Numbered from the stretch's first letter, positions 8,283-19,123 are shown. The stretch is 43,827 nucleotides of DNA from Fidelibacterota bacterium TCS56 (GCA_001577055.1 LSCG01000004.1:1-43827); one strand, 5' to 3'. Numbers and translations: made by a program. The notes: generated by a model from the letters alone, not told the origin.

Positions 8283-9493
8283 TGTTGGGAATTCTGACGA
8301 TCGGGACCGAATTGCTCACAGGTTTCATCGACGACACCAATTCCTCCTGGCTGGGTCGTGAGCTGACTACGGCCGGGTTGTCTCCCAAGATTAAGATATC
8401 CGTCTCCGACGGTGTGGCCGACATTGTCAAAGCCATAGAAAGCTTTCCTGATGATGTGACCGACCTGATCATCACCGGTGGACTGGGACCCACCCACGAC
8501 GATATAACCCTGAAATCCATCAGCGATTATCTGGGCATCGAATTGGAATTCGATCAACAATACTGGGAATTCCTCAGGGAACGCTTTCGCCGGCGCGGTC
8601 GGGAAATTCCCGAAATAAATCGAAATCAGGCGCTGGTAGCCGCGGATCAGGACATTATTCCCAATCCCGTGGGTTCGGCCCGGGGGACGATTTTCAAGAG
8701 CGGTAAACGGCGGATTTTCCTGTTGCCCGGCGTACCGGATGAGATGAAAGCCATGTTCACAGCATCGGTTTTACCGTTGCTGTCAACCGCTTCAGAAGAT
8801 ATGCAGGTGAAAATTATCCGCACCACCGGAATCTGGGAATCGGTCCTGGCGGAGAAGCTGGCAGCTATATTAGAGCGCTACCAGGATATTCAGGTGGCGT
8901 TCCTGCCGCGGATGATCGGCGTGGATATTCGGCTGATTTCGTCGGATACGGCGCGGATTGAAGCCCTGAAGCTGGCGCTGGTAAACAAATGCGGACCGTA
9001 TTTCTACGGCTTCGATGAAACCGGTCTGGAAGAAGTGGTGGGAGAAAGGCTGGTGGAAAAAGGCCTTACGATCGCCACGGCGGAATCCTGCACTGGTGGC
9101 TTGATTAGTCACCGGCTCACGGAAACACCCGGCAGTTCGCGATATCACCTGGGAAGTGTGGTGGCCTACAGCAATGCGGTGAAAATGAAGCAATTGGGCG
9201 TAAATCAAGATACTTTGGCAACCCACGGTGCCGTCAGTGAAGCCACAGCGCTGGAAATGGCCGGCGGTGTGCGGCAGGCGCTGGGAGCCGATGTGGGTAT
9301 TGCCACCACCGGTATAGCCGGTCCCGACGGGGGCACGGCCGAAAAACCGGTGGGCACGGTGTATATTGGATATGATGATGGGGACACGCGCCGGGCCAAT
9401 CGTTATCAATTCCATTTTAACCGCTACTGGAATAAACGCATTAGTAGCCAAGTTGCCCTGAATATGATTAGACTCGAGCTGGAAAATGCCTGA
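8282..9493 (+). CDS. cinA: Competence/damage-inducible protein CinA (MoCF domain + NMN deamidase domain)
   Basis: IGTELLTG..DTN, TGGLGPTHDDIT, LPGVP.EM, AESCTGG, GAVSE, TGIAGP. Start placed at the TGATG overlap with the pgpA stop. Confidence 0.95.
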   Translation: MLGILTIGTELLTGFIDDTNSSWLGRELTTAGLSPKIKISVSDGVADIVKAIESFPDDVTDLIITGGLGPTHDDITLKSISDYLGIELEFDQQYWEFLRERFRRRGREIPEINRNQALVAADQDIIPNPVGSARGTIFKSGKRRIFLLPGVPDEMKAMFTASVLPLLSTASEDMQVKIIRTTGIWESVLAEKLAAILERYQDIQVAFLPRMIGVDIRLISSDTARIEALKLALVNKCGPYFYGFDETGLEEVVGERLVEKGLTIATAESCTGGLISHRLTETPGSSRYHLGSVVAYSNAVKMKQLGVNQDTLATHGAVSEATALEMAGGVRQALGADVGIATTGIAGPDGGTAEKPVGTVYIGYDDGDTRRANRYQFHFNRYWNKRISSQVALNMIRLELENA

Positions 9494-10058
9494 GAGACTG
9501 CTGAGAACCTTCATAGCCATCGCCGTTCCTCGTACCGTAAACGAGGTGCAGGGAATGTTGAAAACCACGATTGACAAACGTGATAAAGCTATCAAATGGG
9601 TGAAACCAAATTCGATTCATCTGACGCTGAAGTTTATCGGTCCCACACAGCCGGACATGGTGCCAATAATCAGCGAACGTCTGCAGAAATTGGTGCTTGA
9701 TTTCCAACCATTGGAACTACGTATTACCGGTACCGGCTGCTTCCCGGACCCCCGGCGTCCGCGGGTTCTGTGGCTGGGAATGGAGGGTGATACAGACGGG
9801 TTAAAATCAGTGGCGAAGGCCGTGCACGGTTCGCTGGTTGATTTAGGCTTTCCTGACGAGAGCAAGAAATTTGTTCCCCATATCACCCTGGCGCGCATCC
9901 GGTATCCGCAAAAGAAAACACCGGATATTGATTCTTTCCTGTCCAGTGAATACAATAATATTACCATGCGTACCGATCGCATCCATTTACTTTCCAGTGA
10001 ATTATTACCGTCGGGAGCGGTGTACAGTAATCTGGGGACTTTTCATTTTACATCTTAA
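9486..10058 (+). CDS. thpR: RNA 2',3'-cyclic phosphodiesterase (2H family)
   Basis: RTFIAI plus two HxT motifs (HLTLKFIG, PHITLAR). Confidence 0.93.
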   Translation: MPERLLRTFIAIAVPRTVNEVQGMLKTTIDKRDKAIKWVKPNSIHLTLKFIGPTQPDMVPIISERLQKLVLDFQPLELRITGTGCFPDPRRPRVLWLGMEGDTDGLKSVAKAVHGSLVDLGFPDESKKFVPHITLARIRYPQKKTPDIDSFLSSEYNNITMRTDRIHLLSSELLPSGAVYSNLGTFHFTS

Positions 10059-10075
10059 TCTGATGAGGAGGTATT

Positions 10076-11101
10076 ATGGCCGACAAAGATAAAAAAACCA
10101 GGGCTTTGGAATTGGCAATCACGCAGGTGGACCGCCAGTTCGGTAAGGGCTCGATAATGCGTCTGGGCAGTGACAAGCCGCGTATTTCCAGTAATGTGGT
10201 TTCCACCGGTAGTTTATCGCTGGATATCGCTTTAGGCGTTGGGGGCGTACCCCGGGGCCGGATAGTTGAAATCTACGGACCGGAAGCCGGCGGGAAAACC
10301 ACTCTTGCGCTGCACATAATTGCCCAGGCCCAGAAAAATGGCGGCTATGCCGCTTTCATCGATGCTGAACACGCCCTGGATCCGGAATATTCCGGCAAGC
10401 TGGGTGTGGATACGGAGCAACTGCTGGTTTCCCAACCGGATACCGGTGAACAGGCGCTGGAGATCACCGAAACGCTGGTGCGCAGTGGCGCCCTGGATGT
10501 AATTGTAATCGATTCGGTGGCCGCCCTGGTACCACGGGCCGAACTGGAAGGAGAGATGGGAGATTCATTTGTTGGACTGCAGGCCCGTCTCATGTCCCAG
10601 GCCTTGCGTAAATTGACTGGTACGGTTCACAAATCCAATACCTGTGTCATCTTTATCAATCAGATTCGTGAAAAAATCGGTGTCATGTTCGGTAACCCCG
10701 AAACTACTTCCGGTGGCCGGGCCCTGAAATTCTATACCTCGGTTCGCATGGAAATCCGACGGATCACCTCGATCCAGGACAGTGGCGAGAATGTCGGTAA
10801 CCGGGTACGGGTGAAAGTGGTGAAGAACAAGGTGGCTCCGCCTTTCAAACAGACCGAGTTCGATATTATGTTCGGATCGGGGATTTCCTATGAAGGCGAT
10901 ATTCTCGATCTGGCAGTGAAGGGCGATATTATCCAGAAAACCGGATCGTGGTACTCGTTCGGTGATGAGCGCATCGGACAGGGGCGGGAAAACGCCAAGA
11001 ATTACCTGAAAGATAACGAGGATACACTGGCCAGCGTAATTTCCCAGGTCCGTTTGTTCATGGGTCTCGATGAAGAATCTGAGGAGAAGGCCGACGACTA
11101 A
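10076..11101 (+). CDS. recA: Recombinase A
   Basis: [47 protein letters not shown]. Confidence 0.99.
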   Translation: MADKDKKTRALELAITQVDRQFGKGSIMRLGSDKPRISSNVVSTGSLSLDIALGVGGVPRGRIVEIYGPEAGGKTTLALHIIAQAQKNGGYAAFIDAEHALDPEYSGKLGVDTEQLLVSQPDTGEQALEITETLVRSGALDVIVIDSVAALVPRAELEGEMGDSFVGLQARLMSQALRKLTGTVHKSNTCVIFINQIREKIGVMFGNPETTSGGRALKFYTSVRMEIRRITSIQDSGENVGNRVRVKVVKNKVAPPFKQTEFDIMFGSGISYEGDILDLAVKGDIIQKTGSWYSFGDERIGQGRENAKNYLKDNEDTLASVISQVRLFMGLDEESEEKADD

Positions 11102-11714
11102 AATTCTTAAAATTACCGAGCAGAAACGTCGGAACGACCGGCGGACCGTATTTTTGGACGATGGACGCGTCTTCGGGATTTCCGGAGACGTTTTCATTAC
11201 CAGCGGGATTGCCGCCGGTGACGAGTTGTCCGAGCAGGATATTACCCGGTTGGAACAGGCCGAGAATCGGCAGAAAGTTTTAGCGGCGGCCTTGAACCTC
11301 TTAAGCTATCGTCAGCGTAGCCGCGGAGAACTGGCCGACCGCCTGCGGAATAAGGGCTGGCCGGCGGATGCGGTTGTTCCCGTTCTGGATCAGTTGGAAG
11401 AACAGGGTTATCTGAATGACAGGGAGTTCGCCCTGGCCTTTGGCCGCGACAAAATACGGTTCCGGTCACTTGGTCCACAAGCCCTGCGGGCAGAGTTACG
11501 CCAAAAACGCGTGGAAGCCTCAGTAATCGACACGGTGATAAATGAGCTGTATCCGGAAGGGTTTGAAGCGGAATTGATTACCAATCTGCTGGAAAAAAAG
11601 CGGATCGATCGGCATAATTTGTCGGCCGGGGAATGGAAGAAGATCAGCGACTTACTGGCCCGCAAGGGCTTTAACTGGTCAGTTATTAAACAAGTTTTAC
11701 AGACCAACGAATAA
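11070..11714 (+). CDS. recX: RecA regulator RecX
   Basis: [30 protein letters not shown]. Follows recA. Start uncertain. Confidence 0.92.
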   Translation: MKNLRRRPTTKILKITEQKRRNDRRTVFLDDGRVFGISGDVFITSGIAAGDELSEQDITRLEQAENRQKVLAAALNLLSYRQRSRGELADRLRNKGWPADAVVPVLDQLEEQGYLNDREFALAFGRDKIRFRSLGPQALRAELRQKRVEASVIDTVINELYPEGFEAELITNLLEKKRIDRHNLSAGEWKKISDLLARKGFNWSVIKQVLQTNE

Positions 11715-11716
11715 TT

Positions 11717-13678
11717 ATGAATAAGAGCGGAAACACCGGACATTTGCACCAAACGGATATTGAAATCCTCAATCGAACACTGGGGCGGGCTGCTTCAGAA
11801 GCGGAAAAGATAGTTATTGGCGAAATTTGGGGTAGTTATAAACGGGATTTTCCTTATCAGGATATGATAAGAAGGTCCCACTCCAGTTCCGATGAGGTCC
11901 CGATTTATGAAGAGCAGCATACCGAATCGGAACAACACCTATTTTCGTTAGTCCGGGGTAATATTACCAAGAGTAAAGTCGGTGAAGCAATATTGGCGGG
12001 TTTACAACAAATGATCAGCCGTCGAGTTTACCCTTCCGTTGTGGCGGTTAACCGGAATGTACCTGATGTTGCCGGGTCTGCGGAAAAATCTAATATTGCC
12101 AAACCCCGCTTTCTGGCCGGGATACCCGCTTTGCACTGGTCGGAACTTATGCCGGTCATGGCGGCCGATATCAAGAGGGAAACAGCTAATTTGATAATTG
12201 CCGGCCAACCTGCTACGGTGGATATCAATGCTGACTATACGGGAACCGGCAAGTTAATCGCCCTGCAGGAACCGGCAACAAGTTCGGTAAAAGCGAGTGA
12301 GAAAATACTGACATTCCTGGTTGATTTGATTGCCAGACCGTGGATTTACGGAATAATAGAAAATACTGATAAAAAGGCAATTACAGCGATTACCTCATAC
12401 TTAGGTGAAAGTAAAACAGGTCTCCGGGTTAGACTGCCGCAAAACGCTGAAGCACACCATTATTATCTGGGGCAATTCGATCAAATGCTCGGTTTTATCC
12501 ACCTGCAGGCAGGATTTGAGCAGGAGTTGCAGACCGGCGCCAGCGCTGCCGGAATATCAACCAGAGAAGTGGGTAATATTACCAGGCAACCTATCCTGGA
12601 AATCGGGACCAAGCTTAATAAACAGGTTGAGATGCCAATCGCCATTTTCACGCCTGACAGCCAGATTTTGACTACCTATGATTTGCATCCCCCGGGACAG
12701 CGGCCGCAGGCAACCTCGGCTGACACGACGTTAAAAACAGCGGGTGTTCAGGATTTTAATAAAATAATCAAACGCCTTTTACCAGCAGTTGTAATGGATA
12801 TCAGCAAGAATTATCAGGGAGAAACTCCTGCCGACGCCGATGGCTCAATCCATGTCAGCCTTTCCCGTAATCAGTGGTTGGGAAGGTCAAATCCACAGTT
12901 GGCAGCCATGATGGCCGTGGCCGAAGGAGCCCGCTGGGTGGCATGTCGCGGTGGTAAACCGCAGGCGGTCGCCGGCCACCTGCCGGTCTCAGCCGTACAC
13001 CAGAGCAAGCGACTGGGTATATTTCAACAGGTGGCACGGGGCATTGCCGAGGCCGGGCGAAACCTGGGATTATCCACTCATGATTTAACCATCGATTATA
13101 CGGCCGGCGATGGTATCACTCAACCGGTGGTTGGAGTGACGGGATTTTGTAAAAACCGCGGCAATGATCTGCCGGCCCGCCGTTTTCGGTCCGCCGAGCA
13201 GTTTATTACAATCCTGGGAAGTTTGCGGGGAGAGTTGGGAAACTCACTTTATCGTCAGCAGATTTATGATGACGATGCTGGTACGCTGCCTGCTATTGAT
13301 TTCGGCATGGAACGACGCCTGGGTGAAGTACTGACACAGGGCACGCAGGAAAGATTAGTGCAGTCAGCCTGTGCCATCGGGCGGGGCGGACTGGCAATGG
13401 CTTTGGCCGATTGTTTGATCAGGTCTGAGGCGGGAATCGGCGCCCGCATTCACCTTTCCCGGAAATTGCTGCCCGAAGAATTGCTGTTTGGCGAAACCCA
13501 GGGGACGGTGATGATCGCTCTGGAGGAAAATGATTTGATGGAATTTGAGCGGATATGCATGAATGTGGGGATTCCTTCAACAACCATCGGGCGGGTCACT
13601 GATGATGATCATTTTCGCTTTAATGATTTAATCGATATAGCGGTTAATGACTTACGAAAGGTGCTGGGTAATCAGTGA
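11717..13678 (+). CDS. Degenerate PurL-like (AIR synthase fold) protein, probably not an active FGAM synthase
   Basis: The C-terminal half matches PurL (NPQLAAMMAVAEGAR..ACRGGKP, PVVGVTG, GGLAMALAD, LLFGETQG, TIGRVT). The N-terminal WSEHCSYK motif is replaced by WGSYKRDF. Confidence 0.75.
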   Translation: MNKSGNTGHLHQTDIEILNRTLGRAASEAEKIVIGEIWGSYKRDFPYQDMIRRSHSSSDEVPIYEEQHTESEQHLFSLVRGNITKSKVGEAILAGLQQMISRRVYPSVVAVNRNVPDVAGSAEKSNIAKPRFLAGIPALHWSELMPVMAADIKRETANLIIAGQPATVDINADYTGTGKLIALQEPATSSVKASEKILTFLVDLIARPWIYGIIENTDKKAITAITSYLGESKTGLRVRLPQNAEAHHYYLGQFDQMLGFIHLQAGFEQELQTGASAAGISTREVGNITRQPILEIGTKLNKQVEMPIAIFTPDSQILTTYDLHPPGQRPQATSADTTLKTAGVQDFNKIIKRLLPAVVMDISKNYQGETPADADGSIHVSLSRNQWLGRSNPQLAAMMAVAEGARWVACRGGKPQAVAGHLPVSAVHQSKRLGIFQQVARGIAEAGRNLGLSTHDLTIDYTAGDGITQPVVGVTGFCKNRGNDLPARRFRSAEQFITILGSLRGELGNSLYRQQIYDDDAGTLPAIDFGMERRLGEVLTQGTQERLVQSACAIGRGGLAMALADCLIRSEAGIGARIHLSRKLLPEELLFGETQGTVMIALEENDLMEFERICMNVGIPSTTIGRVTDDDHFRFNDLIDIAVNDLRKVLGNQ

Positions 13679-14340
13679 TTAATCCGGCAACCGTAATCAA
13701 TCCCGTCACCGGAAAACACCAAGCGGTGCGTAATATCTATTGTGTTGCGCGGAATTATATCTCACATGCCGCTGAACTAGGCAATTCGGTACCTTCAGAA
13801 GCGGTCTTTTTCCAGAAATCCACCACCAGCCTGACCACCGACCGGGTGGTGGAACTGCCGGATTCGGGAATGATCCATCATGAACTGGAAATCGTGGTTT
13901 TAATCGGTCAGGCTGGGAAGAATATCACCAGTGAAAAAGCCTGGGAACATGTTGCCGGTATCGCCCTGGGATTGGATTTCACCGATCGATCTGCTCAACA
14001 ACGCTTGAAAGAACGGCGGCTACCCTGGTTCTGGGCCAAGTCCTTCAGTAACGCCGCTTTCGTGACATCCTTCGAACAATTTGATGAAGCGCGCTGGCAA
14101 CAGCCCTTCACCCTGACTGTCAATGATAATGATGTTCAACGGGGTATAATGGCCGAGATGGTTTTCCCGATTCCCGAACTGCTGACCAGGCTGTCATCCC
14201 GGATACCGTTGGTGAGCGGTGACTTGCTATTCACCGGCACCCCCGATGGCGTGGGGCAAATAACCGATGGTGACCGGTTGGGCATTTCACTGGGCAATAA
14301 ACAATTTGCCACGATCATGATTAAAATGACGGAGCATTGA
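13675..14340 (+). CDS. Fumarylacetoacetate hydrolase family protein
   Basis: IYCVARNY..H..ELGN, HHELEIVV, LDFTDR..Q, AKSF, GDLLFTGTPDGVG. Confidence 0.93.
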   Translation: MINPATVINPVTGKHQAVRNIYCVARNYISHAAELGNSVPSEAVFFQKSTTSLTTDRVVELPDSGMIHHELEIVVLIGQAGKNITSEKAWEHVAGIALGLDFTDRSAQQRLKERRLPWFWAKSFSNAAFVTSFEQFDEARWQQPFTLTVNDNDVQRGIMAEMVFPIPELLTRLSSRIPLVSGDLLFTGTPDGVGQITDGDRLGISLGNKQFATIMIKMTEH

Positions 14341-14343
14341 GGT

Positions 14344-15063
14344 ATGCGAAGATTAGTGTTATTAAGTAACTCAACCAATTACGGCCAGCCGTTTTTGCTC
14401 TATCCGGAGCATGCCATTAAACAATTTCTGGGCACGATTGACAAACCGCTCCTATTTTTTCCTTTCGCCGGAGTTACGATTTCCTGGGATCATTATTATC
14501 AAAAGGTTAATGATCGTTTTTCAGCCATGGGATATGATCTTCAGGCAATCCATCTGGCAGATGATAAAGAGTCGATAATAGCTCAAACTGGTGGGATCAT
14601 AATCGGTGGCGGAAATTCATTTCAATTGATTGCGAAACTACATGAGTATGGATTAATTGAACCGATTCAACAGGCAGTCGAAAACGGCACGCCCTATATT
14701 GGCTGGAGCGCCGGATCCAATGTTGCCTGTCCCACGATAATGACTACCAATGATATGCCGATTGTGGAGCCTGTTTCAATGCAGGCATTAGATTTATTTC
14801 CCCATCAGATTAACCCCCATTATACCGGTGATACAATTGCCGGACACGGTGGTGAGTCCCGGGACGATCGACTTAAAGAATACTGTCTCCTGAATCCGCA
14901 TCAAACGGTAATTGGTCTTCGTGAAGGAACGATGCTGCAGGTAAGCGGTAAGAAAATTGTTTTAAATGGGAAAAATAGTGCGCGGATCTTCAAACATGAT
15001 TATGATCCTTACGAGCTTGAGCCTGGTGTGGTAAGCTTTGAAATACCCCTGAACCGTGAGTAA
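14344..15063 (+). CDS. pepE: Dipeptidase E (peptidase S51)
   Basis: LLSNST, GGGNSFQL, YIGWSAGSNVACPTIMTTNDMPI, QINPHY, GHGGESR. Confidence 0.95.
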   Translation: MRRLVLLSNSTNYGQPFLLYPEHAIKQFLGTIDKPLLFFPFAGVTISWDHYYQKVNDRFSAMGYDLQAIHLADDKESIIAQTGGIIIGGGNSFQLIAKLHEYGLIEPIQQAVENGTPYIGWSAGSNVACPTIMTTNDMPIVEPVSMQALDLFPHQINPHYTGDTIAGHGGESRDDRLKEYCLLNPHQTVIGLREGTMLQVSGKKIVLNGKNSARIFKHDYDPYELEPGVVSFEIPLNRE

Positions 15064-18000
15064 CAGCAAAAACATGTCCACTGACAAATTTGACGCTCAA
15101 ATTACAGCCGCCTGGCAGGCGATTGTAGCCAGTTCGCCCAATACTGTGGTGGTGTTAGATAAAGATTACATCATTCGCTATATCAATCATTCCTATCGCG
15201 GACAATCGGTTTCCGACTTGACTGGAAGCCCGGTATTAGAAACGGTATTTAATTCGCAGACCAGCGATATTGCGGCTGCTAATCTGGCCCGGGCCCAAAG
15301 CTCAGATGACTTACTCTCATTCCAGATCGAGCAGCGGGATAATGATGTTCAGGTCACCAGTCAGTTAATCTACATCAAGACTGTTCGTGGCGACGATGAT
15401 GACGATTTGAGCTACACATTGTTAATCACCGATATCAGTGATCACGCCAAAATCAAATCGGAATTGGACCGCAGTGAACAGGAGTGGAAGAATACTTTTA
15501 ATGCCATGTCCGACTGGGTGGCTATAATTGATGTTGAATCAAACCGGATAATCCGTTCCAATGATCGCTGGCATGAAATTTTCCCTGGCAAAGAGTCAGT
15601 TTTGGACGTTACCTGCTATGAGGTTGTCCACGGTACTCTAAAACATCATCCGAATTGCCCGCTAGTTCGTTGTAAAAAAACTAAGATGCGGGAGAGCATG
15701 GAATATGAGCTGGAAACGGGTAAATGGATTTTGATTACCGTCGATCCGATCTTTTCGCCGGACGGGGAAATCACGCAGTTTATACATAATGTTCGCGATG
15801 TCACCAGCCGCAAATTGTCGGAAAAGGCCTTAATCAGCAGTGAACGCCGTTACCGTCTGCTTATTGAAAATACGGCCCAGCCTATTATCTATCTGTCGCT
15901 GAAAAAGAAAGTCATGGTGATCAATGCGGTGGGCGCCGTTCACATTGGCGGAGTACCGGACGACTATATTGGCAAGTCTATCTCTGAAATACCCGAGCTG
16001 GTTCCAAAACGGCTTAATAAATATTTATCGGTAGTACAGACCAGCGAGCAAGGATCAGAATTCGAGGCCTGGTACGACTTACCGGCGGGGCAAATGTGTT
16101 TTTCCACCGCCATCCAACCGGTTTTTGACCGGCAGGGCTTGCTGTTTGCTTTTCAAATAATTCTGCAGGACATTACCGAGCGGAAAACGGATGAGCTGAT
16201 AATTGCCCGGAAAAATCAGGAACTGGCGGCAGTCAATGAAATTGCCATGTCGATTACCGCTTCCCTGGACCTGCAAACCATCCTGATCGACGTACAGAAA
16301 CAAGTTCTGAAAGTATTCAAAAGCAAGTTTGCACCAATCTTTTTGTTTTATTACGATGAACAGGATTTGTTGTCGGTTATGTTGACCGATATTCAGAGTG
16401 ATCGTGTCGCCGATCTGGAGAATATCCTAAAAGGAAAGTTAGATCAATCAGTGATTCCACTGAGTGATTTGAATCCGGAGTTACAGAAGGCGATTAGAAA
16501 TCACCAGCCCTGGACAACCGACCAGGCTATCTCCCTGGCGGACAATTTTTACGATCCCTCCTTGTTGGAAAAAGCTCAGAAAACCATGGGTGTTCAACAT
16601 ATTGTGATTTTTCCGCTGTGGTCTAAAGATAACCTGATCGGTGTCATGATGCACTTCAGCATCAGCGATCAGGAACATCTGGAAGATGAAATCTCTTTTC
16701 TGACGGCTTTGGGAAACCACTCGGCGATTGCCATCGATAATGCCCGCCTGTATGAGGCTTCACAACGAGCCCTGGCGGTTGAGTCGGTCCTCTATGGCAT
16801 TACCCGGGCCGGGCATCAGGCAATGAATATTGATGTGTTTTTCGAGACAATCCGGCTCGAACTGAGTAAAGTCCTGAATACTGATAATATGTACATTGCC
16901 TTATACGATAATCACAGCGAAACTCTGAGTTTTCCATTATGGTATGATCAACATGATCGTCCGGATGACCGGATGCCCCTGGGGAAAGGGATTACGGCCT
17001 ACGTTATTCGCCAATGCCGGAGTATTCTCTTAAAGAAGGATGATATTGAAGATTTAGTCAAGAAGAAACTCATTGAGACACACGGGACATCAGCCAAAAT
17101 TTGGTTGGGCGTACCGCTAATGGTTGGCAAGGAAATTTTGGGCGTGGTATCGGTCCAAAGCTACATGGATGAAAATGCTTATTCCGATCGTGACCTTGAG
17201 TTACTGGAATTTGTATCGAATTCAGTCAGTGAAGTGATTATCAAAAGACGATCCGCCGAAGCGTTGCGGGAATCAGAGGAACGTTTTCGCCAGTTGAATG
17301 CCCTGGCCCCGCTGGGTGTCTTTTTAACCGATGTGGACGGGAATTGTATCTATGTCAATGAGCGCTGGCGTGAGATGTCCGGTATGAATATGCGCTCCAT
17401 TCGCGGCCAGGGATGGACCCAGGCCCTGCATGAGGATGATCGTCAGTGGGTGACCGAAAAATGGTATGAATCCAAAGCAGCCCGCCGCGGCTGGGATGAG
17501 GAATACCGTATCATGAACCAGAAAACCGGTGATGTAACCTGGGTTTACGGACTGACCAATCCTTTGCGTGGTGGTGATGGAGAAGTGACTGGATTTATCG
17601 GGGCAAACGTTGATATTACCGATCGCAAAGAAGTTGAAGACGAGATTCGGCGCTACAGCAATGAATTGAAAAATTTATCCACTCATTTACAAAATGTGCT
17701 CGAGAATGAGCGCACCCGGATTGCCCGGGAGATACATGACGAACTGGGGCAGGCGTTAACGGCCTTGAAATTTGATGTTTCCTGGCTGGAAAAAAATGTG
17801 CCGGACTCCCAGGCTGTGGATGCCAAGTTTGATACGGTGAAATCCCTGATTGATGTCACCGCTAAAAAAATTCAGCGTATTACCAGTGAGTTAAGACCAG
17901 GCCTTCTGGATGACCTGGGTCTGGCGGCGGCAATCGAATGGCAGGCCCGGGAGTTTGAAGAACGGACCGGAATTAAGGCAAGTATCCACATACCTGAGCC

Positions 18001-18322
18001 TGAGATAGCAGTGGATAATCCCAGATCAACTGCTATTTTTCGGATTTTCCAGGAAGCTTTGACCAATATTGCCCGTCATTCTCAGGCCACTGAGCTGAAA
18101 GTCAGTTTGATTGAAGGCCAGAACACTATATATTTAACCGTTATCGATAACGGTATCGGCATCGATAAAAGCGATCTTGAAGATAAAAGTGCCTTCGGGT
18201 TAATGGGGATTAAAGAGCGGATCAGTTTTTTTCATGGTTCAGCCAGGCTTTCCGGTAAACAGGGAGAAGGTACCACAATCGAGGTCAGTTTACCAAAACA
18301 GGAGAATAACGAATCGCAATAA
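15056..18322 (+). CDS. Cytoplasmic multi-PAS/GAF sensor histidine kinase (HisKA_3/NarX-like)
   Basis: Repeated PAC ends (DISD, DVTSRK, DITERK, DITDRK), two GAF domains (AIAIDNARLY; WLGVPL), H-box RIAREIHDELGQ, IFQEALTNIARH, DNGIG. No TM segments seen. Confidence 0.95.
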   Translation: MSNSKNMSTDKFDAQITAAWQAIVASSPNTVVVLDKDYIIRYINHSYRGQSVSDLTGSPVLETVFNSQTSDIAAANLARAQSSDDLLSFQIEQRDNDVQVTSQLIYIKTVRGDDDDDLSYTLLITDISDHAKIKSELDRSEQEWKNTFNAMSDWVAIIDVESNRIIRSNDRWHEIFPGKESVLDVTCYEVVHGTLKHHPNCPLVRCKKTKMRESMEYELETGKWILITVDPIFSPDGEITQFIHNVRDVTSRKLSEKALISSERRYRLLIENTAQPIIYLSLKKKVMVINAVGAVHIGGVPDDYIGKSISEIPELVPKRLNKYLSVVQTSEQGSEFEAWYDLPAGQMCFSTAIQPVFDRQGLLFAFQIILQDITERKTDELIIARKNQELAAVNEIAMSITASLDLQTILIDVQKQVLKVFKSKFAPIFLFYYDEQDLLSVMLTDIQSDRVADLENILKGKLDQSVIPLSDLNPELQKAIRNHQPWTTDQAISLADNFYDPSLLEKAQKTMGVQHIVIFPLWSKDNLIGVMMHFSISDQEHLEDEISFLTALGNHSAIAIDNARLYEASQRALAVESVLYGITRAGHQAMNIDVFFETIRLELSKVLNTDNMYIALYDNHSETLSFPLWYDQHDRPDDRMPLGKGITAYVIRQCRSILLKKDDIEDLVKKKLIETHGTSAKIWLGVPLMVGKEILGVVSVQSYMDENAYSDRDLELLEFVSNSVSEVIIKRRSAEALRESEERFRQLNALAPLGVFLTDVDGNCIYVNERWREMSGMNMRSIRGQGWTQALHEDDRQWVTEKWYESKAARRGWDEEYRIMNQKTGDVTWVYGLTNPLRGGDGEVTGFIGANVDITDRKEVEDEIRRYSNELKNLSTHLQNVLENERTRIAREIHDELGQALTALKFDVSWLEKNVPDSQAVDAKFDTVKSLIDVTAKKIQRITSELRPGLLDDLGLAAAIEWQAREFEERTGIKASIHIPEPEIAVDNPRSTAIFRIFQEALTNIARHSQATELKVSLIEGQNTIYLTVIDNGIGIDKSDLEDKSAFGLMGIKERISFFHGSARLSGKQGEGTTIEVSLPKQENNESQ

Positions 18323-18335
18323 ACTCCGGGGTATC

Positions 18336-18968
18336 ATGATTAATATATTTATTGCCGATGATCATCCTGTGGTACGGGCAGGACTGAAACAGGTCATCAA
18401 TGAAACGTCAGATTTAGCAGTAGTTGGCGAAGCTTCGCAGGGAGGCGAAGTTATCGCTTCTGTAATGGAAAGCAAGCCTGATGTAGTCATTCTTGATTTA
18501 TCAATGCCCGGTCGCGACGGGATTGATATCCTCAAACAATTAGTCGGTTTGAAGCCGGAATTGCCAATCCTGATATTAAGTGTTTATCCGGAAGAGCAAT
18601 ACGGCATCCGCGTGTTGAAGGCCGGTGCAGCCGGGTACATGAATAAAAATGAAGCACCTGACAAATTGATTGAAGCCATCCGGCGCATTGCAGCCGGCAG
18701 AAAATACATCAGTCCGGTTATTGCCGAACGCCTGGCTCTGGACCTGGATTCGGGCCACCGGGCCACCGGGATTGAAACTCTATCTGATCGTGAATTGCAA
18801 GTCCTTAAGATGATTGCCGGCGGTAAAACCATCTCTGAAATTGCCGATGAATTGATGCTAAGCGTTAAAACCATAAGTACTTATCGCTCACGGATTTTGG
18901 AAAAACTGAATCTGCGCACCAATGCCGAGATTACCCATTACGCCTTCCAGAATAATATTATCGAATAG
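18336..18968 (+). CDS. NarL/UvrY-family response regulator (REC + LuxR HTH)
   Basis: IADDHPVVRAG, LDLSMPG, LSDRELQVL, LSVKTISTYRSRILEKL. Start moved from 18234 to ATG 18336. Confidence 0.95.
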   Translation: MINIFIADDHPVVRAGLKQVINETSDLAVVGEASQGGEVIASVMESKPDVVILDLSMPGRDGIDILKQLVGLKPELPILILSVYPEEQYGIRVLKAGAAGYMNKNEAPDKLIEAIRRIAAGRKYISPVIAERLALDLDSGHRATGIETLSDRELQVLKMIAGGKTISEIADELMLSVKTISTYRSRILEKLNLRTNAEITHYAFQNNIIE

Positions 18969-18993
18969 TTTGATACCGGATTTTGTATTTTTT

Positions 18994-19035
18994 TGTAGGA
19001 CAAACCCTGACATATCACTACCGGTATTTCTTACA
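18994..19035 (+). promoter_or_regulatory. Putative response-regulator operator (GacA/UvrY-box-like)
   Basis: Imperfect palindrome TGTAGG-ACAAAC-CCTGACA plus a second half-site CTTACA 23 nt downstream. Confidence 0.4.
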
Positions 19036-19123
19036 ATGAAATCAGAATGAGTCTGATACCTTAGGTCATATATTCCCAATATAATTGAGTGCGAATATGG
19101 TTGCCGATAAGGAAAAAAGGAAA

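Noticed and set aside
8870-9595. 241-aa minus-strand ORF
   Set aside because: Antisense shadow of cinA and thpR with no recognisable motifs.
10565-11197. 210-aa minus-strand ORF
   Set aside because: Antisense shadow of recA.
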